Below are positions 47,733 through 57,277 of a stretch of DNA of 64,000 bases, piece by piece. Positions within the stretch are counted from its first letter, which is position 1, and each line of letters opens with the position of its first letter. The DNA lies in contig QHWY01000081.1 of assembly GCA_003223875.1 (NCBI GenBank), positions 35,388 through 99,387 on the forward strand, read 5' to 3'. The notes beneath the pieces were generated by a model, which saw only the letters and a program-made list of their open reading frames with translations, was not told the origin of the DNA and did no database searches. A program made the position numbers and the translations under genes. This DNA is from Acidobacteriota bacterium (GTDB lineage: Bacteria; Acidobacteriota; Terriglobia; 20CM-2-55-15).

Positions 47733-48719
47733 CTACGCTTTCAGGACCCCTTTGATCGGTGCGACTCCCGGGATGTCCCACTCCTCCCACATGTCGTCCA
47801 CCCTCTTCTGGATGTAGTCAACGTCTTCGGGAATGAGATGAGCGAAGCGACCTTGCGCCTCCAAAAACTCTTTAACCGGCGTGCGGCCTTTAGCGGTTTT
47901 GCGGCAATCGTAGGTATATACGACCTGCCCTTCGATGATCTCGAAAAGCGGATAGAGCCCGGACTTGATTCCAAACTCGCCGATCTCATGCGAATAACGC
48001 GGATGGAAATCCCACCCCTTCGGACAAGGATCATAAGTGTGGATGAACGTCGGACCTCCTACAGCCAGCGCCTTGCGCACCTTGTTCATGTAGTCCAACG
48101 GCGGGAACGTCGCGCAGGCGGTAGCGACGTATTTACATGTAGGATGGCCGACGGCCAGCATTCCAGCGACGTTCTTCTTCCAGCGCTTCTGCATGATGCG
48201 ATGCTTGCTACCCGGAGGGGTGAACGTCGTTTGCGCGCCATAGGTGGAGAGGCCGGTCGCCTGGATATCGGTGTTGGCGGCAGATTCGTTGTCGTACATG
48301 ATGATGAGCAGATCATAGTCGGTTTGAAGAGCGCCGGAAATTCCGGATAGCCCCATGTCGCCGCCACCAAGATCACCGCAGAACGCGATGGCGTTGATCG
48401 GCTCATCCTTGATCTTGCCTTTCCGCTTCAATGCGCGCAAACCCGCCGCCATTCCGATGGCGGAGGAACCGCCGGCGCCGAGCTGGGTGTGCATCCAGGG
48501 CACAATCCACGGCGTCGTCATGTAGCTGGTATTCGCAACGTACATGCAGCCTGTTGAGCCCGTGACGACGGTCCGTGGCCCTGCCACCTTGATGAACGCG
48601 CGCATCGTTGTAGCCGACTCGCATCCCTGGCACGTGCGATGACCCGATGTATAGAATTCCTCCAACGGGATTTTGTGAACGCCTTTGATCTTGTCGTAAA
48701 CAATCGTTTCGGTAGCCAT
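47733..48719 (-). CDS. oorB: oxalate oxidoreductase-like beta subunit (TPP-binding)
   Basis: GHRTCQGC, GCMYVANTSY..PW..PWMHTQ, GD..G..D..YDNE, PCPKGW. Confidence 0.85.
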   Translation of the reverse strand: MATETIVYDKIKGVHKIPLEEFYTSGHRTCQGCESATTMRAFIKVAGPRTVVTGSTGCMYVANTSYMTTPWIVPWMHTQLGAGGSSAIGMAAGLRALKRKGKIKDEPINAIAFCGDLGGGDMGLSGISGALQTDYDLLIIMYDNESAANTDIQATGLSTYGAQTTFTPPGSKHRIMQKRWKKNVAGMLAVGHPTCKYVATACATFPPLDYMNKVRKALAVGGPTFIHTYDPCPKGWDFHPRYSHEIGEFGIKSGLYPLFEIIEGQVVYTYDCRKTAKGRTPVKEFLEAQGRFAHLIPEDVDYIQKRVDDMWEEWDIPGVAPIKGVLKA

Positions 48720-48728
48720 GATGTTCTC

Positions 48729-49955
48729 CTATTCTCTTACCCCGATCCAGGTGACAAAGTTGTCCAGCTTATCCTCGGTTTTGGATTTCTGGGCGATCTC
48801 GTACATGCGAATGCAGTCGTCAATCGATACATCGCGCCCGCCAAGACCCGTAATGATGTTTGTTATCGCCGGCCGATTCTTCAGAGGATACAGTGCCGAC
48901 CGCACTTCGTGCATCACAATTCCGCCATCGTCCGGCGAGCCATGCGCAAAGTCGCGATCGATCACACCCACGGCTTTGAAGCGTTTCAAGGACTCGCGTA
49001 ATTCGATGGTTGGAAACGGCCGGAACCAGCGAAGACTGACAAAACCGACTTTGTGGCCTTTCTCCCTCAAACGCTTGCACGCCGTGCGGCCCGGCGCACA
49101 GACGGTGCCGAGTCCGATCAGGACCGTGTCCGCATCATCTGTCATGAACTCCGTGAAGAACGGACTCGAGTAGCGTTCCCCGAAAACGGCGTTGAACTCC
49201 CGGTAAGCTTCCTTGATGACTCCTCGCGCGCGGCGGGCGGCATCCCAGTTTTGGCGGCGCAATTCCATGACCCAGTCTTCATTGACTTGCGGAGCAATCG
49301 AGATTGGGTTGTCGGGATGCAATCGGCCCTCACCGAGATCATACGGCGGCAAAAACTGCCGAACGGCTTCGGCGGTTGGAATTTTTACCATATGCTGCGA
49401 GTGCGTCAGGAACGCGCCATCCATGGCGAGAGCCATGGGCATTCGGACGCGCTTGTCTTCGGCGATACGATAGCCGATCAACACATGCTCGAGCGCTTCC
49501 TGAGGTGTCGTGACCCAGGCGAGTAGCCACCCCATATCACGTACTGCCATAGCGTCGTTGTGCTCGACTCCAAATGCCCCAGGATCGTCGAGCGCACGGT
49601 TGCCGACAAGAAAAAGGACAGGCAAACGGTCCGTCGCTGTGACCACCAACGCCTCGAAACCATAGCACCAGCCGGTTCCGCTCGAGCCTGCAAACGCACG
49701 GGCATTGACGGAGCTGGCATGCTTCACAATTTCGAACTGAGAATGTTCGCTGTCGGCAATGATGTACTCGGCATCCAACTCGCCATCGGCGATGATCTTG
49801 GACAGGGCATCCATGACTTCGGTATAGGGCCTGATCGGATACGCGGCGATGACGTCAACGTCCGCCAATCGCACACCCTGTGACACTGCCTGGCAACCAG
49901 TCAGTAAATCCTCGCGTTCGTAAACGTTTTTTGTTTTGGGTTCTTCAGCAATCAT
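48729..49955 (-). CDS. oorA: oxalate oxidoreductase-like alpha subunit
   Basis: GVRLADVDVI, YPIRP (OOR-type; PFOR has YPITP), ADGELDAE, FRPFP, GLGG; GGAGG before ATG 49955. Confidence 0.88.
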   Translation of the reverse strand: MIAEEPKTKNVYEREDLLTGCQAVSQGVRLADVDVIAAYPIRPYTEVMDALSKIIADGELDAEYIIADSEHSQFEIVKHASSVNARAFAGSSGTGWCYGFEALVVTATDRLPVLFLVGNRALDDPGAFGVEHNDAMAVRDMGWLLAWVTTPQEALEHVLIGYRIAEDKRVRMPMALAMDGAFLTHSQHMVKIPTAEAVRQFLPPYDLGEGRLHPDNPISIAPQVNEDWVMELRRQNWDAARRARGVIKEAYREFNAVFGERYSSPFFTEFMTDDADTVLIGLGTVCAPGRTACKRLREKGHKVGFVSLRWFRPFPTIELRESLKRFKAVGVIDRDFAHGSPDDGGIVMHEVRSALYPLKNRPAITNIITGLGGRDVSIDDCIRMYEIAQKSKTEDKLDNFVTWIGVRE

Positions 49956-50064
49956 CGGATTAAACCTCCATTTTAGCGTCGGGCCCACCGGCCAGCCATA
50001 GTTGGTACACCGTCGCTGCGCGACGGCCCCCTTGAAAGGCTATTGGCCGGTCCCCCCACGCCTC

Positions 50065-51237
50065 CTACTTCTTCGGGCTCGCGCGTTTTCCGCCAAACGG
50101 TACCAGTTCGCCTTCAAGAAATTCCAGGCCGGTGCCGGTTACCATTGGATGGATATAGCGACCCGTGCTCTTCCTGTCTTCGGCCCACTCGGTGTACTTC
50201 TCGGGATTAGCTTTGTAAGCTTCCCACGGGCTGCTGTCGTCTGTAAATTGCAACTCATCGACCATGACGATGCATTCCTTGACGGGACAGGCCTGCGCGC
50301 ATTTGTTGCAACCGGTGCAGTACTCGTATGCGATATCGTACAGACCGTCATCTGTTTGATCAAAACACTGGTCCGGGCATTCCAGCCAGCAAAGCGTGCA
50401 CTTGGTGCATAGGTCGAAGCGGACCACCGGACGTTGATTTTTGGTCGTGCCGCGTTTAAAGGTCTCGTTTCGCGACTGGCCCTTGGGTCCTAGTGAAAAC
50501 TCACGCTTGACCGCAGGTACCGCTGCGCCTTCCATAAATTCGAACCATTTCGGAAGAACGGGAATCTCATGCTTCCATTCAACTCCCTCTCCAGGTTTCA
50601 CTGTCCTGACGGTTTTTCGCACTTCCTCATACGCCAGGCGCGCAGCTTCGGCGCGAGCCGGTTCTTTCGGGGTCTTGTAGCGTAGATAACCTTCGGCGGC
50701 CTCGATGCCAATGATGTCCGAATCGATGCCGGCGACAGCGCCAAGCGTCTTTTCGTGCGTGAGATCATCCCTGAAAACCCAAAGGCCTCCAAAACTGAGA
50801 TCCCCTGAATAAGTCGCAAGCTTCCAGCTATAGGGCTTCTTGGCAATGAATTCTAGAAGCTCATCCGGAGTCCTCTTGGTCACGACCAGCAGAGTCCCGT
50901 TGGGCTGGACCTTTTCGTTGATCGGGCGCACGCCGTGCCAGCCCCAGGGCTCGACGCCTTTCAGCATCGTGTCGTCGAGCACGACGGAAATGTCGCACTG
51001 GTCGATGTCCAGCTTGGCGCCGCATTCCGCTTCGAGTTCCTCCTCGGATAGATCGTGGGACACGAACGCAAAGTATTTGCATGGGATGCCGTTGCGCTCC
51101 GGCGAATCGCTGTAACGCCCGTTGGAAAAACCGATGCGTCCCATCCGGCTGGCGATGATGACGATGTCGCTGCCGATCTTCTTGCCGAGATTTTTCTGAA
51201 AAATACCGCGATAGTTGATTTCAACGCGTTTGATCAA
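50065..51237 (-). CDS. oorD: oxalate oxidoreductase-like delta subunit (gamma domain plus 2x[4Fe-4S])
   Basis: CTKCTLCWLECP and CTGCNKCAQACP; RGIFQ where CoA-dependent OFORs have RGGQG. Confidence 0.82.
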   Translation of the reverse strand: MIKRVEINYRGIFQKNLGKKIGSDIVIIASRMGRIGFSNGRYSDSPERNGIPCKYFAFVSHDLSEEELEAECGAKLDIDQCDISVVLDDTMLKGVEPWGWHGVRPINEKVQPNGTLLVVTKRTPDELLEFIAKKPYSWKLATYSGDLSFGGLWVFRDDLTHEKTLGAVAGIDSDIIGIEAAEGYLRYKTPKEPARAEAARLAYEEVRKTVRTVKPGEGVEWKHEIPVLPKWFEFMEGAAVPAVKREFSLGPKGQSRNETFKRGTTKNQRPVVRFDLCTKCTLCWLECPDQCFDQTDDGLYDIAYEYCTGCNKCAQACPVKECIVMVDELQFTDDSSPWEAYKANPEKYTEWAEDRKSTGRYIHPMVTGTGLEFLEGELVPFGGKRASPKK

Positions 51238-51977
51238 TGGATACCTCCTACGGTCCGAATTTCTTGGATACCGGGCACGGGCGTGAAACGGTCCAATCCC
51301 CGCAGCCCAAAGACCTTGGGATCAATCGAACGAATGTGTTCTTCCATCGCCCGGCGCGCTTCGACCGAATCGCGTGCCTGGATCGCCGACACGATGCGGC
51401 GATGTGAAGCCAGCGACAGACGGGCGCGCTCGGGAGTTTGAAGACTTTCGTTTCTGCTGGGGGAAATGACTTTCATCACAGTAGCGCCGACCTGCATCAG
51501 CGCTCGATTATGGGTTGCTTCGGCAAGCGTCGAATGAAAGGCCGCATCCGTCGGGCCCGCCATCCGTTTTTCCTTCAGTTCACTTTCCTGCTGCTGAAGG
51601 ATTGCTTCCAGGCGGACGAGATCCTGCCGCGTCGAGCGTTCTGCTGCCAAAGCCGCGATCGAAGGTTCGATAAGCAAGCGGAGTTCGAAAATGTCTTGAA
51701 GAGCGAGGTGATGCAGCGCGTTTGCCAGTTCTTCGGGCCTTCCGCCAACAATAAAGCTGCCGGCGCCATGCCGGCTCACGATCAGTCCCTTCAGTTGCAT
51801 CGCCCGAAGAGCTTCGCGAATCGTTGCCCGGCTGACGCGCAGACGTTCGGCAAGAGCACGCTCCGAAGGAAGACGGTCACCAGGCTTCAACCGGCCCTGC
51901 TGCAGCAGACCTGCGAGCCGAACCATGACTTCTTCGTACACAGGAGCCTTTTTTGTCTTGCCCAACGCTGCCCCCAA
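51234..51977 (-). CDS. GntR/FadR family regulator
   Basis: PGDRLPSERALAE..VSRATIREAL; FCD domain DAAFH..ATHN; stop overlaps the oorD start. Confidence 0.95.
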   Translation of the reverse strand: MGAALGKTKKAPVYEEVMVRLAGLLQQGRLKPGDRLPSERALAERLRVSRATIREALRAMQLKGLIVSRHGAGSFIVGGRPEELANALHHLALQDIFELRLLIEPSIAALAAERSTRQDLVRLEAILQQQESELKEKRMAGPTDAAFHSTLAEATHNRALMQVGATVMKVISPSRNESLQTPERARLSLASHRRIVSAIQARDSVEARRAMEEHIRSIDPKVFGLRGLDRFTPVPGIQEIRTVGGIH

Positions 51978-51982
51978 AATAA

Positions 51983-52030
51983 AAGTGGTCAGGCCACTTG
52001 ACCATGTGCTATAAATTGGTCAGACCACTT
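51983..52030. promoter_or_regulatory. two FadR-type operator palindromes flanking an extended -10
   Basis: AAGTGGTCAGGCCACTT (51983) and AATTGGTCAGACCACTT (52014), 31 bp apart; TGCTATAAA at 52007. Confidence 0.8.
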
Positions 52031-52127
52031 TTGGCCTGAATTATATTGGCGACTGACCCCGCTGTCCAGGGAAATTCAGAGCCAGATCAGTGGAAATATT
52101 ACGAATACTTTTTAGGAAAAGGTCATC

Positions 52128-53375
52128 ATGGAAAAAGCGTTGGCAGGAATTCGGGTCCTGGATATGACGCACGTGCAGTCAGGACCCACGTGTACTCAGC
52201 TTTTGGCGTGGTTCGGCGCTGACGTCATCAAGATCGAGCGGCCCGGTGAAGGCGATCCCACGCGCAGCCAATTGCGCGACATTCCCGGAGTCGACAGCCT
52301 TTATTTCACGATGCTGAATTCGAACAAGCGCAGCATCACCCTGAATCCGAAAACGCCGGAAGGCAAGCGGATCTTCGCAAAGCTGATCGAGATGTGCGAC
52401 GTCATGGTCGAAAACTTCGCGCCCGGCGCCATTGATCGAATGGGCTTTCCTTGGGAGAAAATACAACAGATTAACCCGCGGATGATCTATGCATCGGTTA
52501 AGGGATTCGGTCCTGGTCCTTATGAAGATTGCAAGGTCTACGAGAACGTTGCCCAATGCACCGGTGGAGCGGCCTCGACCACCGGTGAGCTCCATGGTGC
52601 ACCAATGGTGACCGGCGCCCAGATTGGCGATTCGGGTAGCGGCATTCATCTCGTAGCAGGCATCCTGGCCGCGTTATTACAACGCGAGAAGACAGGCCGG
52701 GGACAACGCGTCACATGCGCGATGCAGGATGTGGTCCTGAATCTCTGCCGCGTAAAGTTGCGCGACCAGCAGCGGCTCGCTCACGGTCCCCTCAAGGAAT
52801 ATCCGCAGTATCTCAACGGTGGCTTCAACGGCACCGTGCCGCGCGCCGGAAATGCCTCCGGCGGAGGCCAGCCCGGCTGGGTCATGCGTTGCAAAGGCTG
52901 GGAAACGGATCAGGACGCTTACATTTACGTGATCGCTCAGTCCCAAGCATTCCCCGCACTGGCTAAGGCGATCGGCCATGAAGATTGGCTCATTGCTACC
53001 GAATACAACACACCCGAGGCGCGGTTAAATAAACTGGACAACGTCTTCGCGGAAATCGAGAAGTGGACCATGACCATGACCAAGATGGAAGTGATGGCCG
53101 TTCTCAACCCCCTCAACGTGCCATGCGGCCCGATTCTGTCCATGAAAGAAATCGCGGATGAGCCTGCTCTGCGACAAACAGGAACCATCGTGGAAGTCGA
53201 ACATCCTGAGCGCGGAAAATATCTGACTGTCGGCAACCCGATCAAACTCTCGGATTCTACCGTCGAGGTGCAGCGTTCCCCACTACTGGGCGAGCACACG
53301 GAAGAGATTCTCCGCAACCTCGTCGGCATGAACGATAACGAAATCCACGGGGCGCGACAGCGCGGCGCGATCTAA
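52128..53375 (+). CDS. frc: formyl-CoA:oxalate CoA-transferase
   Basis: [42 protein letters not shown]. Confidence 0.96.
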   Translation: MEKALAGIRVLDMTHVQSGPTCTQLLAWFGADVIKIERPGEGDPTRSQLRDIPGVDSLYFTMLNSNKRSITLNPKTPEGKRIFAKLIEMCDVMVENFAPGAIDRMGFPWEKIQQINPRMIYASVKGFGPGPYEDCKVYENVAQCTGGAASTTGELHGAPMVTGAQIGDSGSGIHLVAGILAALLQREKTGRGQRVTCAMQDVVLNLCRVKLRDQQRLAHGPLKEYPQYLNGGFNGTVPRAGNASGGGQPGWVMRCKGWETDQDAYIYVIAQSQAFPALAKAIGHEDWLIATEYNTPEARLNKLDNVFAEIEKWTMTMTKMEVMAVLNPLNVPCGPILSMKEIADEPALRQTGTIVEVEHPERGKYLTVGNPIKLSDSTVEVQRSPLLGEHTEEILRNLVGMNDNEIHGARQRGAI

Positions 53376-53387
53376 AGGCAGAAAATT

Positions 53388-53450
53388 AGCCATAATAAGG
53401 CACAAATTTCGCGAAATTTTTTGTGTGTACTTTTGTGCCTCTTTGTGGCT
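53388..53450. repeat. GCCACAAAAAGGCAC family, copy 3
   Basis: AGCCATAATAAGGCACAAA ... TTTGTGCCTCTTTGTGGCT. Confidence 0.8.
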
Positions 53451-53473
53451 ATTCCCTTTGAGGGGTTCGGTTG

Positions 53474-54547
53474 ATGAAATATAGCGTGTTAATTCTGGGC
53501 GCCTCTTACGGGTCCCTGTTCAGCACTAAATTATTGATGGCCGGGCATCCGGTTTCGCTGGTTTGCACGAAGCCCACGGCAGAGCTCATCAACAGCGAAG
53601 GCACGGTCGTGCAATTTCCGATTCGCGGGCGCAAGACTCCCGTCGATGTTTCATCAAAGAAACTTCCCGGCGCTCTGCGAGCTACAACGCCGGAGCAGGC
53701 CGATCCGCGTGATTTTAATCTGATCGTACTCGGAATGCAGGAAGCGCAGTACGGAGCCGCTGGTGTGCGGGAATTGATCAGCCGCATCGCCGAATCGCAG
53801 ATGCCTTGCTTGGCGATCATGAACATGCCGCCCTTGCCCTACTTGAAGCGGATTCCCGGACTTCGGACCGATGCGCTGGAGCCATGCTATGCAGATCCGG
53901 CAGTTTGGAAGAGCTTCGTTCCCGGATTGGTCAGCCTCTCTAGCCCCGACCCTCAGGCGTTTCGTCCGCCCGACCAGCCGAAGAATGTTTTGCACGTGGG
54001 TTTGCCGACTAACTTCAAGGCGGCCCGATTCGAGGGTGAACAGCCGACAGCCATGCTCCGGAATCTGGAGGCCGACATCGAAGACGCGCGGTTCGACCCA
54101 GGCGATGGTCCGATTGAAATTCCTGTAAAACTCAAGGTGCACGATTCTATTTTCGTGCCGCTGGCGAAATGGCCTATGTTGATGGCCGGCAATTACCGCT
54201 GCATCCGGCGCGACGACATGATTCCCATCAAGGATGCTGTTCACGGTAACCTCGATAAGTCACGCCAAGTCTACGATTGGGTGTGGAAACTCTGCGCCAG
54301 TTTGGGCGCCTCGGATGCCGATATGGTGCCTTTCGAGAAGTATGCGCAGGCGGCGGAGAGCCTGTCCAAGCCTTCTTCTGCCGCCCGTGCTCTTTTCGGC
54401 GGGGCCGAACATATTGAGCGCGTGGACTGCCTGGTCCGGAAGATCGCCGTGCAGCAAGGACTCCGGTTGGACACGCTCGACGACATTGTGACGCTCGTAG
54501 ACGAGCGCCTGAAAAAAAACCGGGGAAATTCGGGGTCAGACGGGTGA
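53474..54547 (+). CDS. divergent ketopantoate-reductase-like Rossmann protein
   Basis: N-terminal VLILGASYGS; MNMPP; KPSS..R..ER C-terminal pattern reminiscent of KPR. Confidence 0.6.
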   Translation: MKYSVLILGASYGSLFSTKLLMAGHPVSLVCTKPTAELINSEGTVVQFPIRGRKTPVDVSSKKLPGALRATTPEQADPRDFNLIVLGMQEAQYGAAGVRELISRIAESQMPCLAIMNMPPLPYLKRIPGLRTDALEPCYADPAVWKSFVPGLVSLSSPDPQAFRPPDQPKNVLHVGLPTNFKAARFEGEQPTAMLRNLEADIEDARFDPGDGPIEIPVKLKVHDSIFVPLAKWPMLMAGNYRCIRRDDMIPIKDAVHGNLDKSRQVYDWVWKLCASLGASDADMVPFEKYAQAAESLSKPSSAARALFGGAEHIERVDCLVRKIAVQQGLRLDTLDDIVTLVDERLKKNRGNSGSDG

Positions 54548-54609
54548 ATTCCCTATTTTTCGCGTTTTATTCGAAGAATAGGGAATTCACCCGTCTGACC
54601 CCGAATTTC
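54525..54609. repeat. 33-bp perfect inverted repeat (AAATTCGGGG family) between convergent genes
   Basis: Arms at 54525-54557 and 54577-54609; overlaps both stop codons; relative at 59301-59359. Confidence 0.9.
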
Positions 54610-55903
54610 ATTTCACCGCTTGCGCTGCCGGGTGCATCGTGGAGACCGAGGCGTGATGCGCCGCCCGCATCGGCCTCAGAACGAACAATGCCATTGCCGC
54701 CGCGGCCAGGTCCATAACCGCCGATACCCAGAACACCGATTCCCATCCGCCGGTCAGACTCACCACCCACGCCGCCAGCGGGCCGCCGAAAATCGCCGCC
54801 ATGCCTTTGGCGGTGTACAGCAACCCTGCGTTGGTGGCCGCGTATTTGGCACCGAATGCGTCCGTGCACGTCGCCGGAAACAGCGAATAGATCTCTCCCC
54901 AGGTGAAATAAATCATACCGAACAGCAGAACGAAAGAGAGCGGCTGATGTCCGAACGCGGTGAGGCCCCACATGGCCAGCGCGCCGCCACTGAAGGCGAT
55001 GAACATGGTGGGCTCGCGGCCGATATTATCGGACAGCCAGCCGAAGAAGGGCCGCGCAATCCCGTTTAGGATGTTGTCGACGATGCCGGCCATTACCAGC
55101 GTCGTACCCGCGATGCCGAGAAACACGACCTGCATCTTGTCGAGTCCGAAGTCGCGCGCGATGGGGCCGAGCTGCGCGGTGGCCATCAGGCCGCCGGCAG
55201 CGACCATCGTGAACATCAAATAGAGCGCCCAAAACAGGGGCGTCTTCAGCATCTCTCCTGGCGCAAAATCGCGGGTGGATTGCCCCAGCTTCGCCCTCTT
55301 GGGGAGCGGAACCTGTCCGGGCTGCGGCGCTTTCAACAACGGCGATAGAAGAAGGATGATGAGGCCCTGGCCTAGGCCGAACCACAAGAACGCCGACCGG
55401 TAACCATAAGTATCGATGGTGTGGATGATCGGGACGACCGTTGCCGCCGCACCCGCGCCGAAGCCGCCGGCGGTCAAACCGGCCGCAAGCCCTCGGCGGT
55501 CGGCAAACCACTTGAGCGCATTGCCGACACAGGTGCCATAGACGCAACCGGCGCCGATGCCGGATATGATCGCCGCGACATACAGCAGGGGAAGCGACGT
55601 CGCGACGCTGTTCAGACTCCAACCGATGGCGGCGACCACACCGCCAACCATGACGACGATCTTCGGTCCGAATTTGTCCACGAACCATCCTTCGATCGGG
55701 ATCAGCCACGTTTCCGTAAGCACGAAAAGACTGAACGCCACCTGGATCGCAGCGAGGGCCCAGTGGTTCGACTCCTTCATTGGATTGACGAAATAGGTCC
55801 AGCCGTATTGCAGGTTGGCGATCATCACCATGCATGCGACACCAACTGAAAGCTGAAGCCAGCGGTTTGTGGGCGCTCCTTGCGCCGATGCCTGAGCGGC
55901 CAT
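54608..55903 (-). CDS. oxlT: oxalate/formate MFS antiporter
   Basis: NRWLQL, IANLQYGWT, NALKWFADRRGLAAGLTAGGFG, WGEIYSLFP, LLYTAKG. Confidence 0.93.
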   Translation of the reverse strand: MAAQASAQGAPTNRWLQLSVGVACMVMIANLQYGWTYFVNPMKESNHWALAAIQVAFSLFVLTETWLIPIEGWFVDKFGPKIVVMVGGVVAAIGWSLNSVATSLPLLYVAAIISGIGAGCVYGTCVGNALKWFADRRGLAAGLTAGGFGAGAAATVVPIIHTIDTYGYRSAFLWFGLGQGLIILLLSPLLKAPQPGQVPLPKRAKLGQSTRDFAPGEMLKTPLFWALYLMFTMVAAGGLMATAQLGPIARDFGLDKMQVVFLGIAGTTLVMAGIVDNILNGIARPFFGWLSDNIGREPTMFIAFSGGALAMWGLTAFGHQPLSFVLLFGMIYFTWGEIYSLFPATCTDAFGAKYAATNAGLLYTAKGMAAIFGGPLAAWVVSLTGGWESVFWVSAVMDLAAAAMALFVLRPMRAAHHASVSTMHPAAQAVK

Positions 55904-55969
55904 GATTCCTCCCTAATGTGGGTGAACTTTAATACGCGCTTCGAACCAACGTCAACAAATGCTTCCGGG

Positions 55970-57277
55970 TTATTCCTTCGCGGTCACGCGTGCCGATAGA
56001 CTGCCTTGGTGTAGTTTCACCTTGACGGTTTGATCCACTTCCACCGCATCGGCTGACCGGACGACTCGCCCATCCTGCAATAAACAAATCGCGTATCCCC
56101 GCTCCAGCACCGCCAGTGGGCTTAGCGCATCCAGCGTGTGAGCGATCCGCGCAAACGCTTGATGCCATTTCCGGAGGCGTTGTTGGACAGCGCCCGATAA
56201 GCGTTGCTCGCACATCTCGATGCGGTGCGCGCGCGTGCGAATGAACGCGCCGGCGCGAGCGAATTGTTCCAAGCGAAACGCGAGGTCATCCACACGCTGA
56301 ACCATCCGGCGGATTCTTGCTTCCGCAACCACGAACCCGCGGCTTCCGGCTTTCGATGCCAGGAATTTCTGCAGGCCGTTCAAGCGGTACTTCATGATTG
56401 AAGCCAGCCGGCCTTGAAGTTGCTCGACCCGTTCCACAAGTTCGGCTTTCGACTTGATCACAATCTCGGCGGCAGCGCTCGGCGTAGGAGCCCGCAGGTC
56501 TGCCACGAAATCGCAGATCGTAAAATCCACTTCGTGACCGACCGCGGAAATCACCGGCTTGCGCGAACGCACGATGGCTCGAGCGACGCGCTCTTCGTTG
56601 AACGGCCAGAGGTCTTCCATCGAGCCCCCGCCGCGCGCGACGACGATGACATCCACGTCCGTCGAGCGGCTGAGATAATCGATGCCCTCCATCACCTGAA
56701 GTGAAGCGCCTTCACCTTGGACTTCGGCGGGAAAGATCAGGACACTCACCGCATTGTGGCGCCGTTTCAATACCGTGAGAACATCGCGCAAGGCCGCGCT
56801 CTTTGGCGACGTCACAATCCCGATTTTCCGCGGGAATGCCGGAATGGGCCGTTTGCGCTCGGGCCTGAAAAGTCCTTCTTTTTCGAGTTTTTCTTTGAGC
56901 TGCTCGAATGCGAGCTGCAGGGCGCCGAGGCCCGCCGGCTCGAGGACTTCGACTATGAGCTGATACTCTCCACGACCTTCATACGTACTCACGCGGCCGC
57001 GCGCGCGGAACAGTTTTCCGTTCTCCGGCCGGAATCGTAAGAGGCGGGCCGCGTTTCGAAAACAGACCGCGGGAAGCTGAGCGCGATCGTCCTTTAATGT
57101 GAAGTAAAGATGTCCGGCCGTGGACGTCTTGCAGTTCGAGAGTTCGCCCTCGACCCAGATATCGATGAATCGCCGCTCGAGCATCTCGCGGATCTCGAAG
57201 CTCAATTCGGAAACCGAATAGATCTTGCGCTGGAATTCGGTGTTTCTCACTCGCGCAGTATAGTCTATCCCCTCCAT
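55970..57277 (-). CDS. xseA: exodeoxyribonuclease VII large subunit (start possibly GTG 57250)
   Basis: WVEGELSN, GHLYFTLKD, RGGGSMEDLW, VGHEVD, APTPSAAAE, LERGY. Confidence 0.96.
   Translation of the reverse strand: MEGIDYTARVRNTEFQRKIYSVSELSFEIREMLERRFIDIWVEGELSNCKTSTAGHLYFTLKDDRAQLPAVCFRNAARLLRFRPENGKLFRARGRVSTYEGRGEYQLIVEVLEPAGLGALQLAFEQLKEKLEKEGLFRPERKRPIPAFPRKIGIVTSPKSAALRDVLTVLKRRHNAVSVLIFPAEVQGEGASLQVMEGIDYLSRSTDVDVIVVARGGGSMEDLWPFNEERVARAIVRSRKPVISAVGHEVDFTICDFVADLRAPTPSAAAEIVIKSKAELVERVEQLQGRLASIMKYRLNGLQKFLASKAGSRGFVVAEARIRRMVQRVDDLAFRLEQFARAGAFIRTRAHRIEMCEQRLSGAVQQRLRKWHQAFARIAHTLDALSPLAVLERGYAICLLQDGRVVRSADAVEVDQTVKVKLHQGSLSARVTAKE

Noticed and set aside
49985-50055. Imperfect hairpin between oorD and oorA
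   Set aside because: Single copy in the window with no U-tract; cannot distinguish a stabiliser from chance.
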